A stretch of DNA of 64,000 nucleotides from Amoebophrya sp. A120 (lineage: Eukaryota > Protista > Dinoflagellata), in the NCBI GenBank assembly GCA_905178155.1, contig CAJINV010000005.1, forward strand, positions 8,182,515 through 8,246,514, written 5' to 3'. The position numbers and the translations under genes are program-made. Below are positions 23,741 through 38,700 of this stretch, piece by piece (the first letter of the stretch is position 1; every line of letters starts with the position of its first letter). Below the pieces are notes generated by a model. It was given only the letters and a program-made list of their open reading frames with translations. It was not told the DNA's origin and ran no database searches.

Positions 23741-26700
23741 ATGATAATCCACAACCCGGAGACGTTCATCGTCAAGAAGACGCTGCAGTCTCTCTCCTCC
23801 GCCGACTCCGAATTTTCCACTTTTTGCACCCTCGCCGGGATCGGGAAGAAGGACCTCCTATTACAATGAAAAATGCCCCCTCCCCATATCGAAAGGCATG
23901 TTTCCGAAAATTTGCGTTGCTGATTTGTGACCACAAATCGGGTCTGTCTTGCAAGCAGGCACACTCAGGCTGTTCGCCACATGATGCAGGCGATTTGTCA
24001 TGCTGTATGGCCTATAGGGTCGCCATCTACTATGCTAGGCGCCTACACCAAAAAGCCCCCGCCTATGCTCAGGATCTGTGTGCATTCCTCTACTGCAACA
24101 CAAATTTGATTTGTGTATCCAAATCCAGCATCAGAAATTTCGTTTTGATGTGGGGAGGGGGGATTTTTCCTTTTGATACCTCCAGGAGCCGCTGAATCTG
24201 CAGAAAATCACGGTTTATGCATGGCAAATCTGTTTGCGTCTGGAAAGTTGTGATGCAAGTCATTGAATAGATGAGGAAAGTGTCATGCAGCACCGTCAAG
24301 CGTGCCACTAGTTTTTTCGTTGCTCTGTGTTGCGTAGTCTGCATTAGAAACTGCGTTCTAGCATGACAGGCAACAGGGGCCCGTTGCGGCCACGCGATAC
24401 AGTGCTCAGGGTCATGCCAGACTAGCATAAGAAATCTCGCAATCTTATAGACCCGGACACAGTTGCAATGCATACGGTTTTTGGCAACACGGACTCTGCA
24501 ACGGAAGATGTGGACCCCAAGAGTCTGTTTGGGCAATTGCTGCGGAGCAGCGAGTCTAATGCGAACATCGGAAGTGGTGCTTCTGCGAGCCATGACGCCG
24601 GATCGTCTACTTCCCATAACAACAACAACCCAGGGCAACTCACCCTACCGTTGCAGGGCTCCCAGTCCGTCGGGAACATTCTCGGGAGCAGTGCTGCAGC
24701 GCCCCATCCCAACGACGCGGCGGGGACCCTCACCGCGAAGAAAAATTTCCAAAACGCGGTCGCCAGTTTGAAGGAGTATCGCGTGAAAATCCCGCCGTTG
24801 AGGGAGATAGCACAGTTTAAGAATTTAAAGGAGTTGACGATTGTACAGCAGAATTTATCGACGATCAACAGCTCGACACTGCAGCACAACAACAACTCAA
24901 CTTCGCCCTCTGCCGGCGCATCTTCCGCCGCAGCTTCTTCAACCGACCAGTTACTACCCCATCTGCAGAAGTTAGTTTTGAATGAGAACAATCTGACGAA
25001 TCTGAAAGGGTTGCATTTGTTGACACGGCAATCGTTGAAACACCTTTACGTTTCGCACAACAAGATTCGGAATTTACATTCCGACTGGCATATCAAATGC
25101 AAAAGTGTCTGGGTCTGGATTGTTGCCGGGTTTGTCATGCATATTTTGCATGACCCAGGATGTCTGCAATGCACAACCTAGCATCACAGATGTTTAGAGG
25201 GCCCTCTGATGCCTGCTCCGCATGACAAATGCCCTCCCCGCGTAGCACAAAATAAACTCATCTTGCTGGTCATGCAATGCAGATTTTTTTAGAATCCAAA
25301 AACAGCATGAGAAGTTTCGATCCTTCCAGACGCAGACATGTTTGCAATGCATATGGCATCTAAAACTGATGACGCGGCTGGAGACCTTTTGGATTATTAC
25401 AATGAAAAATGCCCCCACGGCCCCCAAAGTTGCAATAATTTGTGATGCAAAGCTTCCACATGCAAACTTTTTGTCATGCATGAAAGGACAATGAATCTTT
25501 CTGATGCAGAGTGTAGGCGTATATCGCATCGCTTGCATGACAAGCGCCACTCTTGCTGGGATCTTGCGCAATACAAATTTTTTCTATTCACGATTGGAAA
25601 TGATCTGTGATGCTGATAGATGCAAGAGGGCGAATGTTTCGTTTGCAAAGGTTTGCAATACAAATGCTCCCAAATTCGGGGGTGGGGGTATTTGTCATTG
25701 TAATATGGATCGCGGATAATCTACTGACGAGCTTAGCTGGAACACACTATTTCCCCCAACTCCAGTATGCAAGAAAAACACTGTGTAAGTGTAAATCTGT
25801 GGTGCAGAAAATGCAAAACAGTTACACTTGTCATGCTCAACATGCATGATCGGGTTGCTTCCTATGTGTTTTCCCTTCCTATCTGCGCATAACAAGTTTT
25901 TCCTGTCATGGCAGACAAACTTGTGATGCTGTTTTCCCAAAAGACTTACACTTACACAGTTTTTTTCCTGGATATCCAGGACCTGAACGTGGCCGGGAAC
26001 ATGATCGACAACATCAACATTCTTTTCCTGTCCAAAACGGTGAAGAAGCTGAATTTGAGTGGGAACTTACTCTACAACTTCGCGGATTTGATTGAACTCT
26101 CGAAATTTTATCCCGCACAAAAACGCCCCCATGCCCATAATCAAGTTGGAAACTCTGCAACACAAATCCAGAAGTCTTTGTCTTGGGAGGCACGCATGAC
26201 AAGTTTGGGTAAGTAGTTCTCAGTGTAGTCGGGTTTGGCTGGTGCAGCGGCATCACAAATCTATCAGCTGATGCTGATTAGAGGATCACAAGTTCTTCCC
26301 GGATAGCATTAGAAAAAGATCGTCATGGGGATGCGCATGAGAAACATTTTAGGCGTGCGGATTTGCATTACAGCTCGAGAAGGGTGGGGACGTTTTTACA
26401 CACGATAAATTCCCGGGGCAGTTCACGGAATTGTCGTTTTCAAGTCCGGATTGGGGCCGGAACCCGATTTGCTTATTATATGCAAAAACGTGCCCACCCC
26501 ATAGTCAAGTTGAGAACGTAGCAACACAAATCCAGAAGTCTTGGGAGCCACGCATGACAAGTTGCAGTCCGTAGTGTAGTGCATATAATTAGCAAGGACA
26601 GCCGCATCACAAATCCATCTGCTTATTCTGTTTGCAGCATTACAAATGCCAAATCACGACTGGAAGTGCCTCCCTTGGGGACGCGCATTGCAAATGTTCC

Positions 26701-29700
26701 TGCAATTGCAAATCTGCATGGCAACTCTGGGGTGGGGACGTTTTTACACAGGATATCGCCTACTGCAGAACTACGAGATGTTCGTCTTGCGGTATCTGGG
26801 GTGGCAGCTACAGTTTTTGGACGAGATCAAAGTGGCGGATGTGGTGGCTTCGGGGTCAAGTGGTGGGAATGCGGGAGGGACAGTGAAAGAGAATAACAAA
26901 TCCGGTGAGCAAGGGAGTGGGTCTACTACTGCAGGAACAGCGGGTACTAGTGCTGACACGACGACCAAGGAAGCCAGAAGTTCTACTTCGACCTCCAGCT
27001 CTAGCAGCACAACAACAACTGGAGCGAATCAAGACGGGACCACTACTGCATCTTCTGTCGCAAACAACCAAGCAGCAGTTGTGTCCTCCTCCGCGACCTT
27101 GCGCCAAGCGGAGATTGCGTATTTGAAGAAGCGGCTGTTTTACTCCATGCGGGACAATTTAGATTCTTCCGCGATCGCGGAGCTGAACGCCAATATTCTG
27201 CCGCTGTTCCGGCGTATAGAAGCGGAGATTCTGCAGCAGAACAAAGGGCCGCAGGTGACTTCTTCTTTTAGCAACGACAGGCAACACCGAACCAGCAGCG
27301 GCACCGTATTGACGAAAGAGCTGTGCAAGGATTTGCAGCAGCTCCGGGTTCTATACAAGTTCCTGCAGTCGAAATTGTCCGATTTGGCCAGGCGGGATAC
27401 CATCGCGAAGCTTTTGGAGCTCGAATCCGTCGCGTTGTGTGCTATGGAGCCAATCGCGAACCAGGATCACGCGTTTAAAAAAACTTTGAACGATTTATGA
27501 CCTGCTCAAACGTTACAATCCCAAACGTTACAGTAGACTCCGGATTTTGTCTTGCATAAAGAGCATGAGGACGTTATGTAGAGTTGCGCCGTTCGCAATA
27601 CAAATTTTGCCGGATATCAATGGGGTTTGGGTGCCGAAACTTGTCATGCGCAAACCTATGGGGCTACGGTAGATCATGCACTTTCTGCATCACAGATTTC
27701 CATATTCTATTGTAACGTTTGAGATTGTAACACCTGAGCAAGTTATACGATTTGTTCCTCTCCAAAGTTTTCCCGCAGAGCTCCTCAAAAACGTGTCTCG
27801 CGGTGTTGCCAGTACAGATCTCTCGGGTGCGGAACCGGTTTTGGCAAATGCGGGTGGAGTGTGCACAGGAAAAGATGCACGCTGAGAAGGAGACAGCGGG
27901 GTGGCTGAAGGTATAGAAACTGTTTCATTTTTGTCATGCTGGATAATTTCTATTTGAGTGCAACATGCGCAGAGCGATACGAATGTGCAACGAGCATGTG
28001 TCATGCTGTGCGGCGCACGAGAGGCTAATTTTGTGATGCACAAAACCGCACTATATATACCAAACCAAACTACAGGGCGTCGTCTTCACTTCCCACGGCC
28101 CCGTTTGGCCCAAGCAGAAAAACGAAGACGAGCAGCCGACCATTGCCATCCCCGCACCTTCTGCTGTGGAGAATAGCAATACAACAAACACGGACGCAAC
28201 TACGAACAACCAGAACCAAGATGCGACTGGGGGTACGAAAGTGTACAACAGAGCTGCCACGATAACTTTACCCCCAGAAGTATCCTGTGTAAAAACGTCT
28301 CCACCCCATCTTCAAGATGGAAAATCTGCTACACAAATCAACAGGCTTTGGCTGTTGCGCATGACAAGTTTGTCCTCGTAGTGCAATAGTGTGTAGCTAG
28401 CTCAGCAGCATCACAGACCAGCGCGCCGTGCTTGTTGGACCATCACAAGTTCCGAAACGCGACTGGTTTATGCTTCTCATGGGGCTCCGCATGACAAACA
28501 CTTTCAGCATGCAGCTCTGCATTACAAATATGGGGTGGGAACGTTTTTACCGAGGATGAGAAGAGCCGGAGTACCTATTCCTTTCCTGCGGGGATTCGGG
28601 GACGATAGAAACTATGCATTGCAAGAATGTTTTGGCCTGGAAGGATGCAACTTGTAATGCCAATTCTGGATCGTACAAAAATCTGTGTTGCATGAATGCC
28701 AAAGAACAGTTGTCCACTTTTGACCAAGTTGCGAGGAGGTTTCTCGTGCAGGGTAGGCATGTTAGGGATCATCATCATCATCTCACGGAATCTGTCATGC
28801 TAGGATCCTGCATTCCAGACGACATGGATCATGGAAAATCTGCATGACAAGTCTCGGAATCTTCCAGACGCAGACATGTTTGCATTTGATAGAGACGGTT
28901 TTGCGGCATTTCTCTGCCTGTTTAGACCATCAGAGTTGGATATCAAATGCAAAAATGTCTGGGTCTGGAAACTTGTAATGCTGTGCTGGGAATAGTGAAT
29001 GCTCTGTAATGCACAGCCAAGCATGAGAAATATGCGCACTTCTTTGTGTTGCGTTTTTCCCATCAGAAACTGCGTTTCTGCATGACAGGCAAAAGGGTCT
29101 CTTCTTGGACACGCATCACAAACTTTTTTCTCATGCCAGACAAGCATGACATGCTTCCAGACCCAGACATTTTTACATTTGATATTGGACCGCATTGGCG
29201 AACGTGTCGGGTAGTGGTGGTGGAGGGAGTAGCACAGCTAGCAGCTCTAGTACAACTTCTGCTACTGCAAGCGCCGCGTCACAAACTACTTTATTTCCCC
29301 CACCTACCACTGCGGGGAACTGCTCAACCACCAGCTCTAGCTCCTACCATCTCCACTCGAGTTTCTTCAGTTCGCAAGCCTTACCCCCCACCCTCTCCGT
29401 CTCCGCTGTGCAGCAGGTGGAGAATTATGCGAAGACGAGGCCGCCATATGCATTGCAAATATGTCTGGGTCCTCTGGAAAGTTGTGATGCTAATGTCCCC
29501 GAATGATACGTTGCAACCTGTATCAGGGGGTCGCGCATGACAAGTTTCTGAGCGGCTATGTCTAGTGTGAAGCGCATGACAAATGGCCTTTTGGCATAAA
29601 CAGGGACGCCCTGCCCTTAGTCTCCCAACATGACACACAAGTGGTACTGTAGCGGCGCACCAAGCATGGCAGACTTTTCTGTCTTGTCGGCCACGCATGA

Positions 29701-32700
29701 CAGACTTGCATTCTTCCAGACATCCAGGGATAGTTGCAGTGGATACGCCACAAGCAAATGGAACAATGAATAAAAGCAATAGTAGAACCCCGTCGATTTC
29801 CCCGACGCGGAATATCAAGAGGAAAAATCCCCCCTCCCCATATCGAAACTGAATTTCTGATGCTGGATGTGCGTACACAAATCAGCTTTGTATTGCAGAG
29901 AGGCATTGCGGCCAGATCTCCAGGCTAGGTAGGGGCGTATCGGTCTAGTTGTTCAGCATGGCAAACGGCTCCCCTTTAGGCCCAACAGCATGACAAACCG
30001 CTTCCGGAATGGGGCGGAGGCTTCTGCCCTTGTCTTCTTGCAAGACAAACGTGATTTGTGGCCTCAAATCAGCAACGCAAATTTTCGGAAACCTACCTTT
30101 TCAATATGGGGAGGGGGGATCTTTCTTTGCAATACGGAACACACCGTATCAACCGCAAATATGTAGTCTGGGTTTGCTGGAAATTTGTGATGCTGAATCG
30201 TCATGATGGAGTGTGTCTTAAAGTGTAGGGAGGGGGGTGACGAGTTTGTTTCTCGAACGCGTATTTCTCATGCGTAGTGCGAATTACAAACTGCGACTTT
30301 GCATAACGGAAGTGTCGTGGCCGCACTTCTGCTGCTTATGCAACACAGATTTTTATTCAGGAATGCAAGACACGCAATACAGGTTGTACTTCGACCTTTA
30401 TTCCAGACCCGGATCGATTTTTGCAAGGCATACACCGGTCGTCTCGCCGACTAGAGGATCTGCGAGTAATTCCGCCTACACCCCGAGAAGGCCCTTTCTC
30501 GGGGGATCTCCCGGGAGTCAGCAGTACGGGCAATCCACTTCGACCTACACAACGAACATGCTGAATTCCAACCGCCCGGAGTTTCTCTACTTGACAAACT
30601 CCCTCGAACTTATCGCGAAGGAGCGGATGGAAGCGGAGCGGATGGAGTATGAGCCTGTACAGATCCCCGTCCCCCTCATTTGTCATGCAAAGTGCCAAGA
30701 CTACCCAGTGCCTCTTCGCACTGCTTGCATGACAAGTGCCGGAACATTAATCCGGAACAGCACTAAGATTATCGGTCGGCGATTTGTCATGCCAAGGCTG
30801 CACACTTGCCAGAGCTTGTGTTGCTGTAAGTGCCATCCAAATTAATGAGTGGCAGGGGCAGTTGTGCGCTCCCATATGGAGCAGCAGCAATCGACAAGTG
30901 GGGCGAACACCACCAATCCGGGGATCAATCCGAGTGGGATGCTGATTGATGTGATCGTCTGCAAGGTCTTCACGAAGCAAATGGAGGAGTTAGAACCGTT
31001 ACAGATCCCTACCTCGAAGAACATCGAGAGATGTTTCCACCGCGAATTCGACAATTGGGAGCCGCCCGGGATGAAAAACACGAAACCGCGGTACACAACG
31101 CCAACCATCTCCGCCGCGAAATTGAATCGGTCGCACATTTCCTATATGCTCTGCAAAAGTATCGCACTTGTGAATATGTTGCGATTTTGCATGACAAAGG
31201 TCTTGTCCAAGCTGAATCAGCATTACAAGTCGCACTTGTGATCTTCTTGCCGAAAAAATTTGTGATGCAAGCTATACTAGTGCCATGCTTTTGCAATGCA
31301 TATCCTACAAGGGAGTGTCTGGTGTTTCTCCCGTGAGCCGCGCGACCGGGTCCCCCGAGGTGCAGTTGCCACGGGGGGCGGTGACTTCTCTGTCAGGAGG
31401 AGTGGTTTCTGGAGGTGCAATAAATTCGACGGTTTCTGCTGCTTCTGTCGTGGATTCTCAGCCGGTGCACCACCAGAACTTCGCTTCGGGCTCTGGCCGG
31501 CCAATGGCCGAGCACGCGATCGGGAACAGCAACGAAAGGAGCGGTATGAATTGCAAATATGTCTGGGTCTGGAAGAATGCAAACTTGTGATGCGCATTTC
31601 ACAACACACAGGAATCTCTCATGCATAGTCAGCAACAGCTGCCTACTTTCTGTCACCAAAGTCGGGCATTTGTGATGCAGATTCGGCATTGCGGAGGCTT
31701 GTCGAAACCTGTGATGCTAGAGCTTCCATGCCAGACCTTCTTTGTCATACAAAAGCAGCATGACTCTTCCAGACCCAGACACTTTTGCATTTGATAAGCG
31801 GTTCTAGGCCAGAATTGGTGAGCTCGCACTTAATCCCGACAACCTCCAGTTTGATCCCGCAGACGAGCAGCAGTTTCCGTATGAAAGCCTCAGGTCGGAA
31901 ATCCTCAAAGTGAAAATAATTTGTAATGCAAAAAAACGACTCCACTTGGAGCACCATTTATAGTCGGCGCATGACAAATTTCCCGGGCACTCAAAACGTG
32001 TCTGTCATGCTAGTTAGGCAAAGGGGTGCCCTTCTCTCATGCTAATCAGCAGCCCAATTCTGAACCCATAGAAGCACAATAGTCGACCTCCATCGCGTTC
32101 TCTGCAATACAGCCTTTTTGGTGTCGCATTTCATGCATCACAAATTATTTCCACTTTGAGGATTTCCATTCTGAGGGTGTCATATTCCGGGAGTTACTAG
32201 CAGGATCCGCGTTGGCGCACAAAGCTACCGTGAAGGGAAGCGGAAGTAGTGCGAGTCAACTTTCGCAGAGTCCAGGAGGAACTACGGGCTCTTCTGCAAC
32301 GGGAGGGCAAGGACAACAGCAACAACCCCTGGGTGTGCGGCGTTGGTACGAATCGAGCAGCAGTGGGCAGAACGCGTCTTCCTCCAGTTCCGCAGCGGAG
32401 TATCCTGAGTAAAAATGTTCCCACCCCATAGTCGAGATGGGAAATCTGCTAGACAAATCTGCCACCTTTGGTTGTTGCGCATGACAGGTTTTGCCTCGTA
32501 GTGTAATCCTGTTCAGTTTTTTCAGCAGCGTCACGCATCTAGCCTATTATTCTAGCTGGAGCAACACAAATGCCAAAACGTGACGAGAAAACGCTTCTCA
32601 TGGGGCTCCGCATGAGAAACATGCAGCTATGGAGTGGGGACGTTTTTGCGCAGGATACGGAGGATGAGGGATCCAGGCCGACGACCAGCCCGATGGTATC

Positions 32701-35700
32701 GGGGAACAAGGATGGACAGCCCGGAGGACAGGGGCAGAGGCCGAGGTTCTCGGCCACCGCGGGTAGGGGCGGGAGCTCCCGGTTTTGCGCAGTCGATGAG
32801 AAAACCGGGAAGACGATAAGCAACGTGAATGCTTTGCGAAAATTCCTCCCCACAAGTCCTTCGCAAAGACTTTTATCCGCGCAGAGTCGGGGTATGTCCG
32901 CCGGAAGCAACAAAGCAGCGTCGAAAAATAAGGGGAACAAAAATAATGCGAACAATAATTCGAGCAACGAAAACACTTTGTCCGATGAATCCTCTTCAGA
33001 GTCTTCCGACGAGCGGGGGAGGGCGTCTGGCGTGGAGAAAGAGGCGAAGCGGCTGGAGAGGGAGAAAAAGAAGAAGCAAGAGCTTTTAGCAGCGAAAAAA
33101 CGGCAGCAGGAAAGACGGGCGGCCGGGTTGTCAAATTCAAATTCGCCGAAGCAGAAAGGGAACAGCCCAGACGGAACAACCGCTGGTGGAGTAAATAGCC
33201 AAGACTTGAATGATTTATCCAACTGCTCGCCAGGGGGAACTACACAGTCCAACTTCCGCGCTACAACGGATGAGCAGTATGAGTGTTCCCCAAGGTTGTT
33301 GAATGAAGGACCTCGGTCCAAGTTTTTCTACAAGACCCGGGACCGGGTTCTGCTTTACCGGGCCAGAATGAAGGACGTGGTGCCCTGTTACATCGTGACG
33401 ATGCTCGCGGATGTGAAGTACAGTGATTTGAACACGCGGGGAATGGCCAATACCGCCAACAGCTACAGTAGCCAACTGCAACTCCAGCAACAGCAACTGC
33501 CGCAGTTGCCGAAAGAGATGCCTGGGCTAAATCCTTTGTTGGGGTTTTCCTCCATCCACTACGATTACCACTTAACTAACGCGTGGAAAGCGTTAAGAAG
33601 TTTCTGGACAGCGAATTCAGGGGTGATGTCTTCACCGTCGAAAGGCGGTCTGAGAACAAATAGAAGCTTGTCACCACCACAGGCAACATCTTTGTCTCCG
33701 TCACGACGTGCTCACCAAAACCGAGCGAATCAGGTGTCCTCGAGCAGCTCCAGTTCTTCTGCTTCTTCTGGCACAGAAGGCGTTTCTGGCGCCGGTGGTA
33801 GAGCGAATGACCAGTTTGGAAGTAGTGGGTCGAAGTTATTACAATGAAAAATGCCCCCACCCCCGAACTTAGGAGCATTTGTATTGCAAATCTTTCAAAA
33901 AGAAACATTCGCCCTCTTGCATCTATCAGCATCACAGATTTCCAATCGTGAATAGCAAAAATTTGTATTGCAAAAGATCCCAGCAAGCGCGGCGCTTGTC
34001 ATGCAAGCGATGCGATATACGCCTAGACCCTGCATCAGAAAGATTCATACTCCTTTCATGCATGACAAAAAGTTTTCATTTGGAAACTTCGCATCACAAA
34101 TGTTTGCAACTGTGGGGGTGGGGGCATTTTTCACTCTAATAGAAGTCTCCCTCAAAATCCACCATCAGCACGACAGATAGAGTGAACACGGGTTCGGGAG
34201 ATCGTGGGAGTGGGGGTGATTATAACAGTAGCACACCAACAACAACGACGACAGGGGGGACCGCAGTTTCGGCCAGCGGTTTTATTCCGGGCGGCGGGGG
34301 CGCGAGTGCAACGACGCAAGCCGCCGATAGTAACCACGGGATCGTGAATACGGACACGAAGTTGGTCGGGTTGTGGAGCAGCTCGTCAAGTGAGGAAGAG
34401 ACGGAAATGCTGTTCGGCGAAGTAAATACCAGCAATGCAAATCACAACTCTGCTGCTCGTGACAACCAGAACTTTGCCCGGTTAAAGGAAAAGGAAATCT
34501 TGCGCGACGAAGTTGGTACCACTAACAAGCCGGAAAAAGTACAAATCGTGGAAGAGCTCGTCCTCGATGAGAACAAATCGAACACCTTCTACGCTTCGGG
34601 TAATATCTGCAACTTGAGTAAGTTGAAAATCTTTAAACTCTCCTTCTATCAAATGCAAAAATGTCTGGGTCTGGAATGTTGCCGGGTTTGTCATGCATAT
34701 TTTGCATGACTCCTGACGTCTGTGATGGATGCCCTAGCTTCACAGATTTTGTGAGGGCTTCCTGATGCCTATGCCGCATGAGAAATGCCCTCTCGCCGGG
34801 GCAAAAGCTGGACCGCTTCTGCTGTTCATGCAATACAGATTTTTGTAGCATCCAAATGCAGCATCACAAGTTCGCATCCTTCCAGACCCAGACACTTTTG
34901 CAGTTCATACCTTCTCCGACGCAGCCATCCTCTCCTTCAAGCACGTGAAGCGGTTGATATCAAATGCAAAAGTGTCTCTGTCTGGAAGATTGCGAGACTT
35001 GCCCTGTCAGCCTGGCATGACTCTGCACTCTGTATTGCGTGACCACCAAGAGCAGGTCCTGTCGCCTTTCATGCAAAAGCGCAGTTTCTCATGCGAAATA
35101 CGCAGCACAGAAACTACACGAAAACACTTGTCATGCTTGGCGGCGCATAATTACATAGCAATTATTGTTCACGGAATTTTTGCATCACAAGGTTCCAGAC
35201 CCAGGCACTTTTGCACTTGATAGTTGAGTTTGGCGAACAATTTGCTCGAAACGGTTTTCGACGCGATCCCGTTTGAGGTTCTTTTATGACACTGCACAAC
35301 TCCCCCTCCCCCTCATTTGTATTGCATGAACAGCAATTATACAAGCATCAGAAAGAATGCCGGTTTTGCATGACAAAGCTGCACTGGAGTGTAGTGCTGT
35401 TTGGGCTTCGAGGATTTGTCATGCAAACAGTGCTACGAGGCAGCAGCTGGATTTGGGATTTTGCATTACAAATGAGGGAGAGGGTGAGTTGTGCACTGTC
35501 ATATCTTTTACACCTAGAGCAGCTGGATTTGTCCGGAAATAGAATCCAGTTCGTGACGAGAAGGGAGTCCTGTCTGAAAAAAATCTACTTCCCGGTGGCG
35601 TGCGGGTTGCAGGGTAGTTCTTGCGGAAGTGGTATCAAAATGAAAAATCCCCCCTCCCCATATCAAAGCGGAAATTTGTGATGCTGATTTGTGACCACAA

Positions 35701-38700
35701 ATCAGCTTTGTATTGCACAGAGGCACTGCGGCCAGATCCCCAGGCTAAGCAGGGGCGTATGGGTCTAGTAGTTCAGCATGGCAAACGGCCCCCCTTTAGG
35801 CCAGACAGCATGACAAATCGCTTCCATAATGGGGCGGAAGCTTCTGCCCTTGTCTTCTTGCAAGACAGATGTGATTTGTGACCTCAAATCCGCAACACAA
35901 ATTTTTGGACACATACCTTTTCAATATGGGGAGGGGGGATTGTTCCTCTCAATAAGTGGCGCAAGAAAGAAAGCGCCGTCTATCACTTCTGAGCAAAATA
36001 GGACAGATGAGGAACAGCAATCCACCGCGGGGAACGATGAAACTGCAGAAGACGCAGGTGGACCTCCGTCCATCGATTTGGACAAACCGCTGCCGGATTT
36101 TTTCGTGTTTGAGAAGATGAAGAAGTTGAACTTATCCTCGAACTACATTGATCGGTTTGAGGAAGTGATAACTTTGTCGAACGTTTTCCCCCGGTTGACG
36201 GACTTGCTGGTCGAGGGGAATTATCCTGTGTAGAGGTATCGTACTCGTAGTAATTGCATTTACGCATTACAAATCCCTTTCTCAAGGAAAATCAGCATTA
36301 CAAATTCAATTTGCAGCGCTGGGCTAATTTGTAATGCAATTCATACTAGTACGATGCTTTTGCATTGCATAGGAATCCATTGGTGAAGTTGGACGGTACT
36401 AGTCACGCAGGTTCGACCACGAATCATCCTGGTTTAGCATCACAAACTACCTCAAGTAATACTATCAACCCGAACTCCAACACGGTCCGGCAAGACATCG
36501 TTTTCCTTTTCGAGGAGCTTCAGCATTTAGACTTGCAGAAGATCCCGGTGGTGGGAACGGGGGCCGCCGTGGTGACCAACGCCGCTGCAGCCGGAAGGGA
36601 GGTGGTAGCGCAGAAAACCTGTTCTGTGGGGAACGAGGCGATGCAAAGTTACGCACGGTATTTGACCAGTGATAGAAGGATTTTCAAAAATGCGATGGTC
36701 GTGAAGGAGGACAGTGAAGGGGAAATGTCTCATCTGGCGGGGGCGAAGAACGAAGGCGGTAATGCTGGAGCTTCAGGAATAAAGGAAACAGCAGAACAGG
36801 AGCAGAAAGCTGTTTCTGATGCAGGTGCAGCTGCTTCACAACCACCACCGCCGGCAACTTCTAGCAAGGAAAAAGAGCGGCAAAATTTAAAAGACAAGTT
36901 CAACGAATTAGAATTTTTCGAGAACCGGATTTTCGCCATCAACCCGAGATGTCGTGCGACCATGGACAGTCTGTTCTTACTTCCTGGTTTACGAGCGGGG
37001 GCGATGGAGCGGCTTTTCCAGTATTCGCAGACGGCATTGGAGAATGCCTCTGCAGCTACAACATCGAATGTTCCGCCGAGCGGGGCCGCTTCGGAACAAA
37101 CTGGGGGGTCTAGTAGCACCGCGGGAATAACACCAGGAACGGGTAAAAGTGGGGCAGGTGCTGCTACTGCATCCACTTTCTCCAGCCCGGACAAGAAAGA
37201 CACTACAAATGCAACGACGTCCTCTACTTCACAGCAAACCGCGCAAGCTCTGTCCGTGTGGAAGAAGGGGGTAAATGTTCTCGATTTGTCGAACCTGAAT
37301 CTCCAGACCGGGCCGAATCCAGAGAACCATCAAGGGGTGTTGGGGGCACAAAATAAGTCTTCGAGAAATCACAATATCATCAACCAGGAGGTGGGGAAGA
37401 GGTTGCGGAATTGCGCGGAACATTTGTTCGCCTGTTTGAAGAGCAGCAGCTTTATGCCGTGGATGAGTACTAATTCAGCGAGCGGAAGTAGTAGCAGTTC
37501 TAATACTACTGCACCAGATTGGGATCATCATCTCAAAGACGATGCAGGTTCATCCGCATTGCAAATTTTCCAGCACGCCAAGGTCTGGTGGGATCGGCTC
37601 TCGCTTTGCTGCGAAGACGAGGGGGAAGAGGAGGACGGTGTAAAAGACGAAACGAGAAATGCCATTTCAATCGCGCCGAACAAAGCAGCAACCGCAACAG
37701 CAGCACCCTCTCAACATCTACTCAAGCCGCTCAAAACCACGACCCAACTGCTTCTTATGGATTGCAAAAATGTCTGGGTCTGGAAGCATGCATGTTTGTC
37801 ATGCTTGTCTGGCATGACTCTCAAATCTGTGATGCACGTTACCCAAGAGCGCCATTTTTCTGTCATGCAGAAACGCAGTCTGTCATGCAGAATAGGCAAC
37901 ACCTAGAAACTCAGAAACTTGTCATGCTAAGGCAGCACTTGTGGCTTCCTCATGATACGCCACCCAGCATCACAAGTTTCCAGACCCAGACACTTTTGCA
38001 ATGCATACTTCTCAACGTGACGCAGATTCTCGTAGATTTCAAAAATGTCTTGAAGATCAATCTCTGTAGCAACAAGCTCACCAACCTGCTCTTCCTCCGG
38101 TACGGATTTCCAATTTTGGAGGAATTGATTTTCGACGACAATAGGATATCATCTCTTTCCGGTCTGGAATCGAAGTGCCAGACGCTGATCCGGGTTAGAG
38201 GGAACAACAATTGCGTGAAGGAAATTACGCATTTATTTTCCCACACACAAATTGTACAGAACAATTCTGCGGACAATAAGGAGAACAACAGCAAAGCTAC
38301 TTCACAAGAGCCGAAAGACACACAACAAGCTGCGAAGGAAAAAGAGCAGAAGACTAGGGAATACGTCGTCGTCTACTCTCGGTTGCAGTATTTTTGCTTG
38401 CAAAGGAACCCGTTGGAGTCCTTCATTATCTGCAAGGTCGGTGGGAACCACGTGGCGCAAAAATTGCTCCCAAGTCTCGTCTATGGATTGCAAATATGTC
38501 TGGGTCTGGAATAAACTTGTGATGCAAGGAAGGCAATACTTAGCACGTGGTTCCGAGTTTTTCCGTGGTTCTGAGTTGCCTACTCCGCATGAGAATCTCC
38601 ATTTTTGCCTGACAGGCAGGAGGAGCTCTTCGAGGCCACGCAATACAGCGTTCGGAGTCATCCCAGACTAGCATGACAAGTCTCACAATCTCCCAGACCG